Source: Thermoplasmatota archaeon (GTDB taxonomy: Archaea > Thermoplasmatota > Penumbrarchaeia > Penumbrarchaeales > Penumbrarchaeaceae). Taken from it: a DNA stretch of 64,000 bases. Location of the stretch: contig JARVGK010000010.1 in assembly GCA_029762535.1 (NCBI GenBank), positions 19,892-83,891 of the forward strand. The letters are read 5' to 3'. The notes below the pieces were generated by a model that searched no databases, was not told the DNA's origin, and saw only the letters and a program-made list of their open reading frames with translations. The stretch's first letter is position 1, and every line of letters begins with the position of its first letter. Shown here piece by piece: positions 8,849 to 17,843 of the stretch. The translations under genes were made by a program, and so were the position numbers.

Positions 8849-11576
8849 TCGCTACCCCCTCCTCCATGACGGCTTTGTCGTTCCTCCTCCTCCTTTTGAT
8901 AAGGGTCACGGTCTCCGCAATGGCGATCAGGACAATGACGACGACACAGGCGGACATCGCATAAGGCAGCCAACCCCAGTCCTTTCCCTCCGGCTCAACG
9001 GTCACGTTCTCCTCGTAAGGCACGGTGACGTTCTCGATGATCTGGATGTCCTCATATGTCCGATGTTCGATGATCACCGTCTCAAAGGTGGGAAGGACAA
9101 CGATCGATATTTCCTGTACCATGATGTTCCCCCAAACATCGGTGATGGTCAGGACCACCTTGTAAACACCGACGGACCCGTAACTGTGATAGACAGACTC
9201 GCCCTCGGCGCGACAGCCGTCCCCGAACGACCATGAGATGCCGAAAATTCCGGAATCGTCATTTATATCGCATGCGGAAAACCTTATTGTCTCGTTAACG
9301 AGATAGCACCCTATCAGATCGTCGGGGATCGACATCCTATCGAGCAATTCCGTCCCCGCCAGATACGTCTCGTTGAGGGGGAGCGGATCGGGATCGTATG
9401 ATATCGAACACGTAGGGGGGGTGATATCGAGTACGTCGACATGGACGGTCGTGGAGTTCGAGTTTCCCTCGAGATCGAATAACTCCAATGTGAAATAGTG
9501 CCTTCTTGCCCGAGGCTCCCCGATGACCAGGACGCTCTCTCCGATAACCAACGTGTCATCATCCAGATGCCACAGTATCCGGTCCAGACCGACATTGTCG
9601 CAGGATGCGGAGGCATCAAGGACGATATCCTCACCCAGAACGATACTGTTCTCGTATTCGATCATCAGGACCGGAGCGGTCCTGTCCCTGACGGTGACGT
9701 TCACGACATCGAAACCCCGGTTCCCGGACCTGTCGGTCACCGTGAGATGAACCGGGTAGAACCCCGGGTCCTCGAAAACGTATCTGAGATACATCCCGTA
9801 AAGTGTCCTCTCCTCTACCCTCCAGGTGTAGTTAAGGCCGAGATCGTTATCGTGGCTTTTCGATGCGTCCAGATAGACGATGCTGTCCTCCCATACGATC
9901 ATATCCTCTCCACCGATGGCGACCGGGGGCATATCGTCCTTGATCACGACCTGCATTTCTGAAATGTCGCAAAAACCCAGGCTGTTGATGACGGTCAGGG
10001 TCACCTTGTAGATCCCGGGATAGAGATAAGTGTGCTCGGCGATCGGCGTGTGATGGAACAGATATGTCCCGTCGCCGAAGTCCCATGAATAGGAGACGAT
10101 CCCGTGAATATCCCAGGATCCCGATCCGTCGAACGTTATCGGCTCACCCTCCATCGCCTGAATGGTGCCCGAAAGCGATGAGAACGGAGCGACCCTTACG
10201 GTCTTCGTCCTCATCACGACCGATCCTGCGTCATCGGTGACCTTGAGGGATACGTTGTAATATCCGCCCCTCTCATAGACATGCAACGGGTCGATCTCAT
10301 TGGAATGGGATCCGTCCATTAGGTCCCAATCTATGGAGGCGATATGTCCATCGATATCGTAGATATATGCTGGCCCAATCCTAATAGCGGTCCCTATCAT
10401 GCCCTGGACATCGTCACCGATCCTCACGAAGGGGGGGAGATCGCCCACGGGCCCATCCCTGACCAGATCCACGTAGGATCGGGACAGGGGGTCGTCCTCT
10501 CCGAGCCTCCATATGCTTATCCCGCCGATCATATGCCTCCTGACGATATCCATCTGATGGAGAAGGCTCTCCGAATCGGTGTAATGATGGGCCCTCAGGG
10601 ACCCGGACCTGTCCCTGTACACGAAGTAGGGCGTTCTCGATGTCACGTTCCACGATCGCTCGATATCAAATTCCCGAATCAAGTTGCGCGTCGATCTGTA
10701 TGTGTGGTTCTCCGCCGTTCCGGTAGTGGTCCCGTCGTTATTTATGGGCCAATCATAGCCGAACTGCGCTATGCCGAGTATCAGTTTTTCCGGGTCGATA
10801 ACGGAAGCGGCATAGGAAACGACCTGGTCCATCCATTCGTAGGAGGTCACCGGGCCCGACACCTCACATGTGGACCAGTGCAGGTTGTAGGCCATCAATC
10901 GGATGAAATCCGCCCTCTCCCCCAGACCCGGATAATCGTATCCGGCAGGACCGTATCGATCATCGGACCCTGAGGTCTTCGGGAAGACCGAAACGTGAAG
11001 GACCTTGCCATAGATGTGCATGGCCTCCGTCAGGTTGCCTATGAAATCGACAAATGCGTCGCGGTCCTCGGTGTAGAGGGATTCGTAGTTGATCTCGAGT
11101 CCGGAGTAACCATTTTCCAGGGTGAGCCGGACCAGATCGTCTATGTGGGCCGTCCGTATCGATGCGTTCCTGACGATGTTTCGGACCGTTTCGGGATCGT
11201 GCAGGTTCGAGACCAGGGGGATCACTTCGATATCGTTCTCATCACAGAGGTCCATGTATGCTTCGTGATGTGACGGGGTGAAGACCCGAACGATGCTACC
11301 GTCCTGCATTGTCCGATACCAGAAAGGGGACAGGGAATCCAGAGTGTCCGCCCATTCCTCCATTCCCGACCAGGACGATGCCTCCCATGGAATGGTCCAT
11401 CCGGATACCGTGAATGGGGGATCCCCGGCCCTTGTCAACAATTCATTTTGATCTTCATTTAGACCGGTGACATCCACCATGGACGATATGAGGATCAAGG
11501 CGAGCAAGGTATATGTCAGGGATAGGACGACTTTCTCTCTTTCTCTGAAATTCTTCAGGAGTCGGATTCGGGACAT
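8838..11576 (-). CDS. Membrane-anchored GH18 (chitinase/YaaH-like) hydrolase with multiple PKD domains
   Basis: LSPFWY, YSGLEINYE, MAYNLHW, KLILGIAQFGYDW, GGISIWRLG; repeated PKD motifs (YSWDFGDG, YNVSLKVTDDAG); C-terminal TM followed by KRRRR. Start placed at ATG 11576 after GAGGG. Confidence 0.85.
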   Translation of the reverse strand: MSRIRLLKNFREREKVVLSLTYTLLALILISSMVDVTGLNEDQNELLTRAGDPPFTVSGWTIPWEASSWSGMEEWADTLDSLSPFWYRTMQDGSIVRVFTPSHHEAYMDLCDENDIEVIPLVSNLHDPETVRNIVRNASIRTAHIDDLVRLTLENGYSGLEINYESLYTEDRDAFVDFIGNLTEAMHIYGKVLHVSVFPKTSGSDDRYGPAGYDYPGLGERADFIRLMAYNLHWSTCEVSGPVTSYEWMDQVVSYAASVIDPEKLILGIAQFGYDWPINNDGTTTGTAENHTYRSTRNLIREFDIERSWNVTSRTPYFVYRDRSGSLRAHHYTDSESLLHQMDIVRRHMIGGISIWRLGEDDPLSRSYVDLVRDGPVGDLPPFVRIGDDVQGMIGTAIRIGPAYIYDIDGHIASIDWDLMDGSHSNEIDPLHVYERGGYYNVSLKVTDDAGSVVMRTKTVRVAPFSSLSGTIQAMEGEPITFDGSGSWDIHGIVSYSWDFGDGTYLFHHTPIAEHTYLYPGIYKVTLTVINSLGFCDISEMQVVIKDDMPPVAIGGEDMIVWEDSIVYLDASKSHDNDLGLNYTWRVEERTLYGMYLRYVFEDPGFYPVHLTVTDRSGNRGFDVVNVTVRDRTAPVLMIEYENSIVLGEDIVLDASASCDNVGLDRILWHLDDDTLVIGESVLVIGEPRARRHYFTLELFDLEGNSNSTTVHVDVLDITPPTCSISYDPDPLPLNETYLAGTELLDRMSIPDDLIGCYLVNETIRFSACDINDDSGIFGISWSFGDGCRAEGESVYHSYGSVGVYKVVLTITDVWGNIMVQEISIVVLPTFETVIIEHRTYEDIQIIENVTVPYEENVTVEPEGKDWGWLPYAMSACVVVIVLIAIAETVTLIKRRRRNDKAVMEEGVANER

Positions 11577-11778
11577 ATACCCTCGTAATTTTATAGCTCT
11601 GGGTATGTATATAAGAGTGCCGTCCTCTTTCAACCCTTTATATAATAATAATAATCAAAGCATCACGTTCCCTTGATGCGGGATTGTATAGGGATCGGAC
11701 GCTTGCCGATGAAATACCCTCCGGCCGCCTGGAGGATCACCAGAAGGATGACCAACAACGATCGTTCATTTTACAGGG

Positions 11779-13242
11779 CTACTTCCTCTCCGGGGGAGGG
11801 ATCTCCTCCTTGATGTTGGCGACCTTCCTCGCCAGAGCTATCAGCGACTCTATGTCCGATGTCGATCCAATCACCAATTTGGCCCCGTCGGGGGATCCTC
11901 CTCCGTGCATGCACCCCGGGACACCCGCCCCTATTGTGAGCCACTCGATGAGCCTCGCGATCCTGGCCCGGGTCTCACCGGAGCATTTGGCGCTGAGGTA
12001 TTTCTGCAAGAGCTCCCCGTAAACGGGGGAGTGGATGTCCTCGCAGGAGGGCATGCACCCCGTCTCTGCGATCCCTCCGGCGATGTCCTGGGCGAGCCTC
12101 TTGGTCTCGTAGGGCAGTGTCGCGACATGCACCTTGTTCACGTTCGAGAGCTTCCCGTCGGGGATCCAAACCCCGGAGGGGTGGAGCTTTCCAAGTACCG
12201 AGGCGGCGATCCCCATGCCGAAGGTGGTCTCGTTGTTTATCGTCATCTTGGTCAGCTTATCTCGAAAGACCTTCTCGCTCAGGCCATTGGCTCTGGCCAT
12301 AAGGGCGGACGCGCCCATTATCACATCGCCCTGGCCGGCGACGCATCCTCCGATCGCTGAACGGTACGGGGCTATGAAGTTCAACACCGCCTTCATGGAG
12401 TATTTCCACTCACCGGCCATGAACACCCTGTCCGCCGGGATATGCACGTCCTGGAACAGCAGGTATCCCTGGGTTATGCCCCCGTAGTCCACCGGGTTGT
12501 CGAAACCGCATTCCGCGTCTCGTCCGTCGGAGGGATGCCTGGCCTCGATCACGGTGAGGCCCTCGATGTCCCGCGGCACTGCAAAAGATAGGGCGTAGTC
12601 CGCATCCGGCTCCTTATAGCCGGTCCCCGGAAGTATGAACACCTCGTTCGCGGCGGCGACGCCCGCTATCATCACCTTCGCCCCCCTGACCACTACCGAT
12701 CCGTCGTCGTTCCTCTTGACGATGCGCAGGGACAGGTCTGGATCACTTTGTTCGGAGGGTCGCTTGGACCTGTCCCCTTTGGGATCCGTCAGCGCCCCGG
12801 CCACGGTTATATCCTCCTTCTGGGCTTTCCTGAGCCATTCGGTAAGCCTTTGATGATATTTCGTCCCGAATTCCGCGTCCATGTCGTAGGTGGTGGCCCA
12901 CATGGAGTTCAGGGCATTGAAACCGACGCATCTCCCACCCGTGCACGTGCCGGTTATGTTGAACATCAATCTCTTCATCCTGACATTCTTGACCATGTCC
13001 TCGGCGGATCCGACGATGGAGAGGTAGCGGGAGATCCTCTCCCCGCTCAGATGCGAAGTCGTCGTTAGAAGGTCCTTGTGCTCCTCGGTCCGGGCGGCGT
13101 CGAAGATCTGGGCGTGGCCCTCCACCGTCCTTCTGGTGGACGGATGCATCGTGACGTCCTCTATCAGCTCGCCGAACTTGTAGACGTTCGGCCTCATTTT
13201 CCTCAGGCTTTCCCTGTAATCTTCAGATGTCCTCAATATCAT
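11779..13242 (-). CDS. 4-hydroxybutyryl-CoA dehydratase / 4-hydroxyphenylacetate 3-hydroxylase family protein
   Basis: YRESLR, ALTDPKGDRSKRPSEQSDPD, VRGAK, FQDVHIPADRVF, DIAGG, MHGGGSP. GGAGGT RBS and ATGA overlap at 13239-13242. Confidence 0.85.
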   Translation of the reverse strand: MILRTSEDYRESLRKMRPNVYKFGELIEDVTMHPSTRRTVEGHAQIFDAARTEEHKDLLTTTSHLSGERISRYLSIVGSAEDMVKNVRMKRLMFNITGTCTGGRCVGFNALNSMWATTYDMDAEFGTKYHQRLTEWLRKAQKEDITVAGALTDPKGDRSKRPSEQSDPDLSLRIVKRNDDGSVVVRGAKVMIAGVAAANEVFILPGTGYKEPDADYALSFAVPRDIEGLTVIEARHPSDGRDAECGFDNPVDYGGITQGYLLFQDVHIPADRVFMAGEWKYSMKAVLNFIAPYRSAIGGCVAGQGDVIMGASALMARANGLSEKVFRDKLTKMTINNETTFGMGIAASVLGKLHPSGVWIPDGKLSNVNKVHVATLPYETKRLAQDIAGGIAETGCMPSCEDIHSPVYGELLQKYLSAKCSGETRARIARLIEWLTIGAGVPGCMHGGGSPDGAKLVIGSTSDIESLIALARKVANIKEEIPPPERK

Positions 13243-13769
13243 ACCTCCCTCATCCTGAAGACCCATTCGCACCATTTGCCTTCCTCGAGATCGTCAGGAG
13301 GACACTGGATGCAGTCCACGACTATGTCCTCCGAGAACTCCTTCGCGAAGGATTTGAGGAATCCGTAGCGGACCTTCTTGCATGGGAACACCGGGAGATC
13401 GTCTTTTTGGCGGGTGTTCTGCACCCTGCATTCCACGTTCCGGAGAAGGACCCTTCCGGGATGGTATTCCCATTCCTTGTCCTCTAGGTCCATTGCCCAT
13501 CCGGACATTTTCAATCCCCTCACCATATCATCCAGGGATCCCGCGAGGCCGAATAGCTTCTTGATCTTGCGGGCCTCTATCTTGCCCATCACTCGCCATA
13601 CGTTCGCGTCGATCTCGGTGGCGGCCTCGGTCCCGAACCTCTCCTCGATCCCGAGATAGTACAATCCATCAACGGCCCACATGTTCCGAAGATGCATGAA
13701 CATCAGATCGGCACGGCGTTCATCGTCCATTCCCGAAAGCATATCCCTTTCCTCCTGGCGATCGATCAT
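13239..13769 (-). CDS. DUF6125-like / V4R-like Cys-containing protein
   Basis: WAVDGLYYLGIEERFGTEAA, CRVQNTR, FPCK, CIQCPPD and WCEW motifs. Confidence 0.7.
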   Translation of the reverse strand: MIDRQEERDMLSGMDDERRADLMFMHLRNMWAVDGLYYLGIEERFGTEAATEIDANVWRVMGKIEARKIKKLFGLAGSLDDMVRGLKMSGWAMDLEDKEWEYHPGRVLLRNVECRVQNTRQKDDLPVFPCKKVRYGFLKSFAKEFSEDIVVDCIQCPPDDLEEGKWCEWVFRMREV

Positions 13770-13908
13770 GAAGACACCCTTGTCGGGGGTATCGCGTGAT
13801 GGACCATAATGTTTTTCACGGGATCCCCCCTCCAGTTCATTCAATGAACTGGAAAGTTTTTATACGAGTGCAGGGCCTAACACCCTTATCGGGTATGGTG
13901 GTATCAAA

Positions 13909-15222
13909 ATGGAATTGAAAGGATCGATCCACGGGATCCCCCTGATATTGATATTGATATTGATATTCTCGAATATTGGATCCCTGGCGAACGGCACCAT
14001 CGAGGCGAATTTCACAGGTACATGGACCGAATCCCTCGAGGACCGGGACGGGGACGGATCGGCGGAAGCTCTTGTCATAGGGGTCGATATCGACGTTTAC
14101 GTCCCCGGGTCCTACGGCATTTTCGGGTCCGTGAACGACGGCGAGATCGTATCGAACTCGGGACTGGTCTCTCTGGGATTGGGAAGGCATCGGATCGATC
14201 TCAAGTTCCCCGGCGCCGATATCATCACCAGAGGCACCTCCGGACAGTACGACATCAAGCTCGAGCTCTACACCTCCGATCCCGGCTCCAACGCCCGGAG
14301 CAGGGAGATAAAGACGAAGGAAAGCTACGACCCGACCGATTTCGAAAGGGGTGAGGGCTTCCCCGGCACGTCCGTCACTGTCGAGGGCCCCGAGGTCCTG
14401 ATCAACAACCCCCTGGTCGAGATAAGGATCAACACCACCAGGCCCCTTCTCGTCTTCTCGTATCCCGGCGAGCTCTCGAAAACGACGAGGGCCGCCCTCG
14501 AGTGCATCAGCCTTGTAGCGTACGACGATCAGGACGGGAACACGGCCTACGACCCCGGGGTGGACACCGTGAAGTACAGTACCGATCTGGCCCGGGACGT
14601 GGACTGGAAAATGAACCTGGACCTCTCCAGGGGGTTCAGGATCGACCTCCAGGGCATGGCCCCGATGCGCAGGACCGGTTCCCCATCCCTCGTCGCCTGG
14701 GCGTCCCTGACCATCACCATGGACTCGACGACGATAGATCCCCAGGGAAGCTCTCAGAAGTTCGACATAGACATAGAGCTGTTCCAGCCACTCGACTCCG
14801 ACGGGATCGCCATAGTCCAGGAGCTCCGCGACGAGAGCGGCGGCCATGAGTTCCAGTATTCGGAATCCGATCCCTACAAGACCATCTCCCTCGTGGACCC
14901 ATCGGGCAAGGTCAACGGCATGTACACCTGGGTGGACGAGATACTCATAGGGGAGGCGTCGGCGGACACCCTTTCATCCGCCAAAACTGGCCACAGGCTC
15001 GATGAGGACACCGCCATGGTCGTTTTCAGCTATCCGCTCAACGGGGACACGCTGCAGGTGTTCCACGATCCAAGGGTGGGCATGGACCCTAAGATGCCCG
15101 AAATACGGGGCGAGGACCCGTTCCTCTCGAACAGGCCATTGCTGATGGGCGCGGGCTTTCTGTTGGGGGCCTCTCTGGTCATAGGGGCCGTAATCATAAC
15201 ACGATTGCGGAGGAGGTGGTGA
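13909..15222 (+). CDS. Secreted, C-terminally membrane-anchored surface protein
   Basis: Signal peptide, Ca-binding-like DRDGDG and DQDGN, FHDP near the end, then TM and RRRW. Confidence 0.7.
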   Translation: MELKGSIHGIPLILILILIFSNIGSLANGTIEANFTGTWTESLEDRDGDGSAEALVIGVDIDVYVPGSYGIFGSVNDGEIVSNSGLVSLGLGRHRIDLKFPGADIITRGTSGQYDIKLELYTSDPGSNARSREIKTKESYDPTDFERGEGFPGTSVTVEGPEVLINNPLVEIRINTTRPLLVFSYPGELSKTTRAALECISLVAYDDQDGNTAYDPGVDTVKYSTDLARDVDWKMNLDLSRGFRIDLQGMAPMRRTGSPSLVAWASLTITMDSTTIDPQGSSQKFDIDIELFQPLDSDGIAIVQELRDESGGHEFQYSESDPYKTISLVDPSGKVNGMYTWVDEILIGEASADTLSSAKTGHRLDEDTAMVVFSYPLNGDTLQVFHDPRVGMDPKMPEIRGEDPFLSNRPLLMGAGFLLGASLVIGAVIITRLRRRW

Positions 15223-15225
15223 GAC

Positions 15226-15531
15226 TTGGACTGGGTGGAGACCGCATCCATACTCAAGGACGTCCTCGTGGGGATACTGATCATTCTCTCCATGGCCCTG
15301 ACGACGATAGGAGCCCTGGCATGGAGGAGGAAAAGGGCGACGAGGCTTCTCTGGGTCACGATCGCCTTCGCGCTGTTCCTGGTCAAGGGGGTCTCCCTTG
15401 CCCTTGGGTTGTACGTGCTGGGGATGATCTCGGTCCCCAGGGGTTTCGCGGGGACCTTCGACCTGATGCTGATCCTCGATGTGCTGATACTGGTGATACT
15501 CTACCTCGCCCTCTTCAGGAGGACGGGCTGA
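15226..15531 (+). CDS. Small three-TM membrane protein (DUF7521-like)
   Basis: Three hydrophobic helices with AWRRK..RLLWVTIAFALFLVKG. GGAGGTGG RBS before TTG. Confidence 0.7.
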   Translation: MDWVETASILKDVLVGILIILSMALTTIGALAWRRKRATRLLWVTIAFALFLVKGVSLALGLYVLGMISVPRGFAGTFDLMLILDVLILVILYLALFRRTG

Positions 15532-15549
15532 AAAAGGGCCGGACTGATC

Positions 15550-16071
15550 GTGATGCGGGAAAAGGACCCGGACCTGGACATGAAGAAGAGGATCTTCGAC
15601 CTCATCTCCCAGAGCCCGGGCGTTCACTTCAGGGAGATCTCGCGAAGGCTCGATGCCCCCACCGGCGCCCTGGAATACCATCTGCATCAGATGGAGAAGC
15701 GCGATATGATAGTCGCGAAGCAGGAGGGCAAGTACAAGAGGTACTACGCCGAGGGCAAGGTGGGGTCCGCCGAGAAGCGCCTGCTGTCCTATCTGAGGAA
15801 GGACATACCGAGAGGGATACTCATCCATCTGATGCTGCACCCGGGAGCGAGGCATCGCGATATCAAGGAAGCCCTCTCTGTCGGTGGGCCCATACTCTCC
15901 TTCCACCTGCGCAAGATGGTCAGGGACGGGCTGGTTAGGGAGGTGGATGAAGGCACGAAGAGGCTCTTTGTCGCGGACCCTGACGCGGTCTCGAAGAGCC
16001 TGATAATGTATAAGAGGTCCTTCATGGACGATCTGGTGGACTCCTTCGCCGACACATGGCTCGACATGTGA
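15550..16071 (+). CDS. Tandem winged-HTH transcriptional regulator
   Basis: IFDLISQSPGVHFREISRRL..GALEYHL and a second HTH, HPGARHRDI...LSFHLRKM. Confidence 0.85.
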   Translation: MMREKDPDLDMKKRIFDLISQSPGVHFREISRRLDAPTGALEYHLHQMEKRDMIVAKQEGKYKRYYAEGKVGSAEKRLLSYLRKDIPRGILIHLMLHPGARHRDIKEALSVGGPILSFHLRKMVRDGLVREVDEGTKRLFVADPDAVSKSLIMYKRSFMDDLVDSFADTWLDM

Positions 16072-16073
16072 GC

Positions 16074-16535
16074 TCATTCGCGGCCGAGCTTCTTCATGGT
16101 CCTGTTCACGCTCTTTGACACATCGTCCTTCGTCGATCCCGTCCCATTGAAGAAACGCTCCCAGGTCGGCGTGTCCCAGTAAGGGCTGTCGAGCGGGTCC
16201 CTGTCAAGGGCATCCAACATGTCTTTAACCTTTTGGGCGCCACCCTCCCCGAATCGAAGCCTGAATATGGACCTGAACGTCGAGCCGCCGGCCCATACCG
16301 CCTCCATGTTCAGCTCGATCTCACCCTTCAACCTGGCGTTCCACGGATACGGCAGCCTTACGTCCCTCAGTTCTATATCTCCTCCGTCATTCAGGTGAGG
16401 GACTATCAGGGCCTCGCCGACATCTGTGAGGTTGAGGCGGTCCAGCCCGTTAAGTGGCCTCTTTACGCTCCCCTTCCTCAGCATCTCGTAGGACACCACG
16501 GGAGCGACCCTCAGGGGCATTATCCACATTGTCAT
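16074..16535 (-). CDS. Hypothetical protein
   Basis: 153-aa ORF directly downstream of nadE with protein-like composition. Confidence 0.55.
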   Translation of the reverse strand: MTMWIMPLRVAPVVSYEMLRKGSVKRPLNGLDRLNLTDVGEALIVPHLNDGGDIELRDVRLPYPWNARLKGEIELNMEAVWAGGSTFRSIFRLRFGEGGAQKVKDMLDALDRDPLDSPYWDTPTWERFFNGTGSTKDDVSKSVNRTMKKLGRE

Positions 16536-16547
16536 CTCGCCCAGATC

Positions 16548-17387
16548 TCACCACCTCTCCCTGAGATCGATCCCCACGGTCCAGGCCCCCACTTTGGGTA
16601 TTATCAGCGGGTCCCTCTTGTGCCTTGAACCCTCGATCATCGAGAAGATCCGCTCGACGGAGTCCAGGGTTAATCCGCCGGGGCCGCCCGATGCATCGTC
16701 CTCCAATTCCCCTTCCATCATATCGAACACCTTCCGGGGCGCATACCCGGTGAGATACCCAATGACGACCCGATCGATGAGGGGATATGGAAGGCCTATG
16801 TCGCCCTCGTCGGTCTGGCCCGGGATGAGGCCTGCGGTCGGGACCCTGTCGATCAACGGCCTGGGCACTCCCAGTTCCGACGCGAGCGCCCTGACCTGGG
16901 TCTTGTAAAGGTCGCCGATGGGGCAGATATCGGAGCCTCCGTCGCCGTGCTTGGTGAAATATCCCAGCATTATCTCGGTCTTGTTCGAGGTTCCGAGGAC
17001 CAGCAGGTCCTCCTCGTTGGCTATCGCGTAAAGCACCGCCATCCTCATCCGGGCCTGCAGGTTCGCGTTGGCGGACCTGCCCAACTCGAAGGGGAACGCC
17101 TCGATTAGAGGTGATATGTCGTGCTCCCTGAGATCACAGCCCGCGTCCCGGGCCGACATCGATGCGAGATCCCTATCCGGGGATGATAGTTCACCGTAGG
17201 GTAGGAAAACAGGAAGCACACGGTCGCTGCCAAGGGCGATGGAGGATAATTTCAGGACGAGCGCGGAGTCCAGGCCTCCGGAGAGCCCCAGGACACAGCC
17301 CCTGCAGCCCGATGATGCGAACCTCTCCCTGATGAACTCCGATATTATCGTGCCCGTCTCGGGCCTCAGGCGAGGAACGGCCATCAT
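16548..17387 (-). CDS. nadE: NH3-dependent NAD+ synthetase
   Basis: GLSGGLDSA, NLQARMRM, GTSNKTE, GYFTKHGDG, PIGDLYKTQV, PTAGL..GQTDE. Confidence 0.95.
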   Translation of the reverse strand: MMAVPRLRPETGTIISEFIRERFASSGCRGCVLGLSGGLDSALVLKLSSIALGSDRVLPVFLPYGELSSPDRDLASMSARDAGCDLREHDISPLIEAFPFELGRSANANLQARMRMAVLYAIANEEDLLVLGTSNKTEIMLGYFTKHGDGGSDICPIGDLYKTQVRALASELGVPRPLIDRVPTAGLIPGQTDEGDIGLPYPLIDRVVIGYLTGYAPRKVFDMMEGELEDDASGGPGGLTLDSVERIFSMIEGSRHKRDPLIIPKVGAWTVGIDLRERW

Positions 17388-17471
17388 CTGCACACCCCGA
17401 AGGTTCAAGGTTGATTATCTTTGAAGGTAACGGTCGGCAAAAGATTAAATTATCCCCGGCCCACTCAAGTC

Positions 17472-17837
17472 ATGGGTATCATCTTGATCAGCTACAAGAT
17501 AGAGAACATAATCGCCTCGGCGAAGATCAACACACCCATAGACCTGGATGCTCTTGCGGCCAAGCTCGAGAACGTCGAGTACAAACCGGAGAACTTCCAG
17601 GCGGCCATATGGAGGCCCTCGAACAGCTACGGGGTGGCCCTGGTCTTCAGCGACGGGAGGCTCATGTGCACCAACATGAGAAGCGTCCAGGACGTCGAGA
17701 ACATATTCAAGAAGCTTGTCAAGAGGCTCGAGGAGCTCGAGATGATCAACCCCAGGGTGGCTTGCCCGCACTGCGGCGCCGCCATAGATACCGAGGATAT
17801 GGTCTGTATCGAATGCGGCGGCCTCATAAACAAATAG
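17472..17837 (+). CDS. Single-repeat TATA-binding-protein domain fused to a C-terminal zinc ribbon
   Basis: KIENIIAS...IDLDALA..LENVEYKPENF...LVFSDGRLMCT matches one TBP repeat, followed by CPHCG-x-CIECG. A TATA-like AAAGATTAAAT lies near 17440. Confidence 0.8.
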   Translation: MGIILISYKIENIIASAKINTPIDLDALAAKLENVEYKPENFQAAIWRPSNSYGVALVFSDGRLMCTNMRSVQDVENIFKKLVKRLEELEMINPRVACPHCGAAIDTEDMVCIECGGLINK

Positions 17838-17843
17838 GCCCTT

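Noticed and set aside
11779-13242. Marker of an autotrophic 4-hydroxybutyrate cycle
   Set aside because: Key residues appear substituted, and no other cycle genes are in the window.
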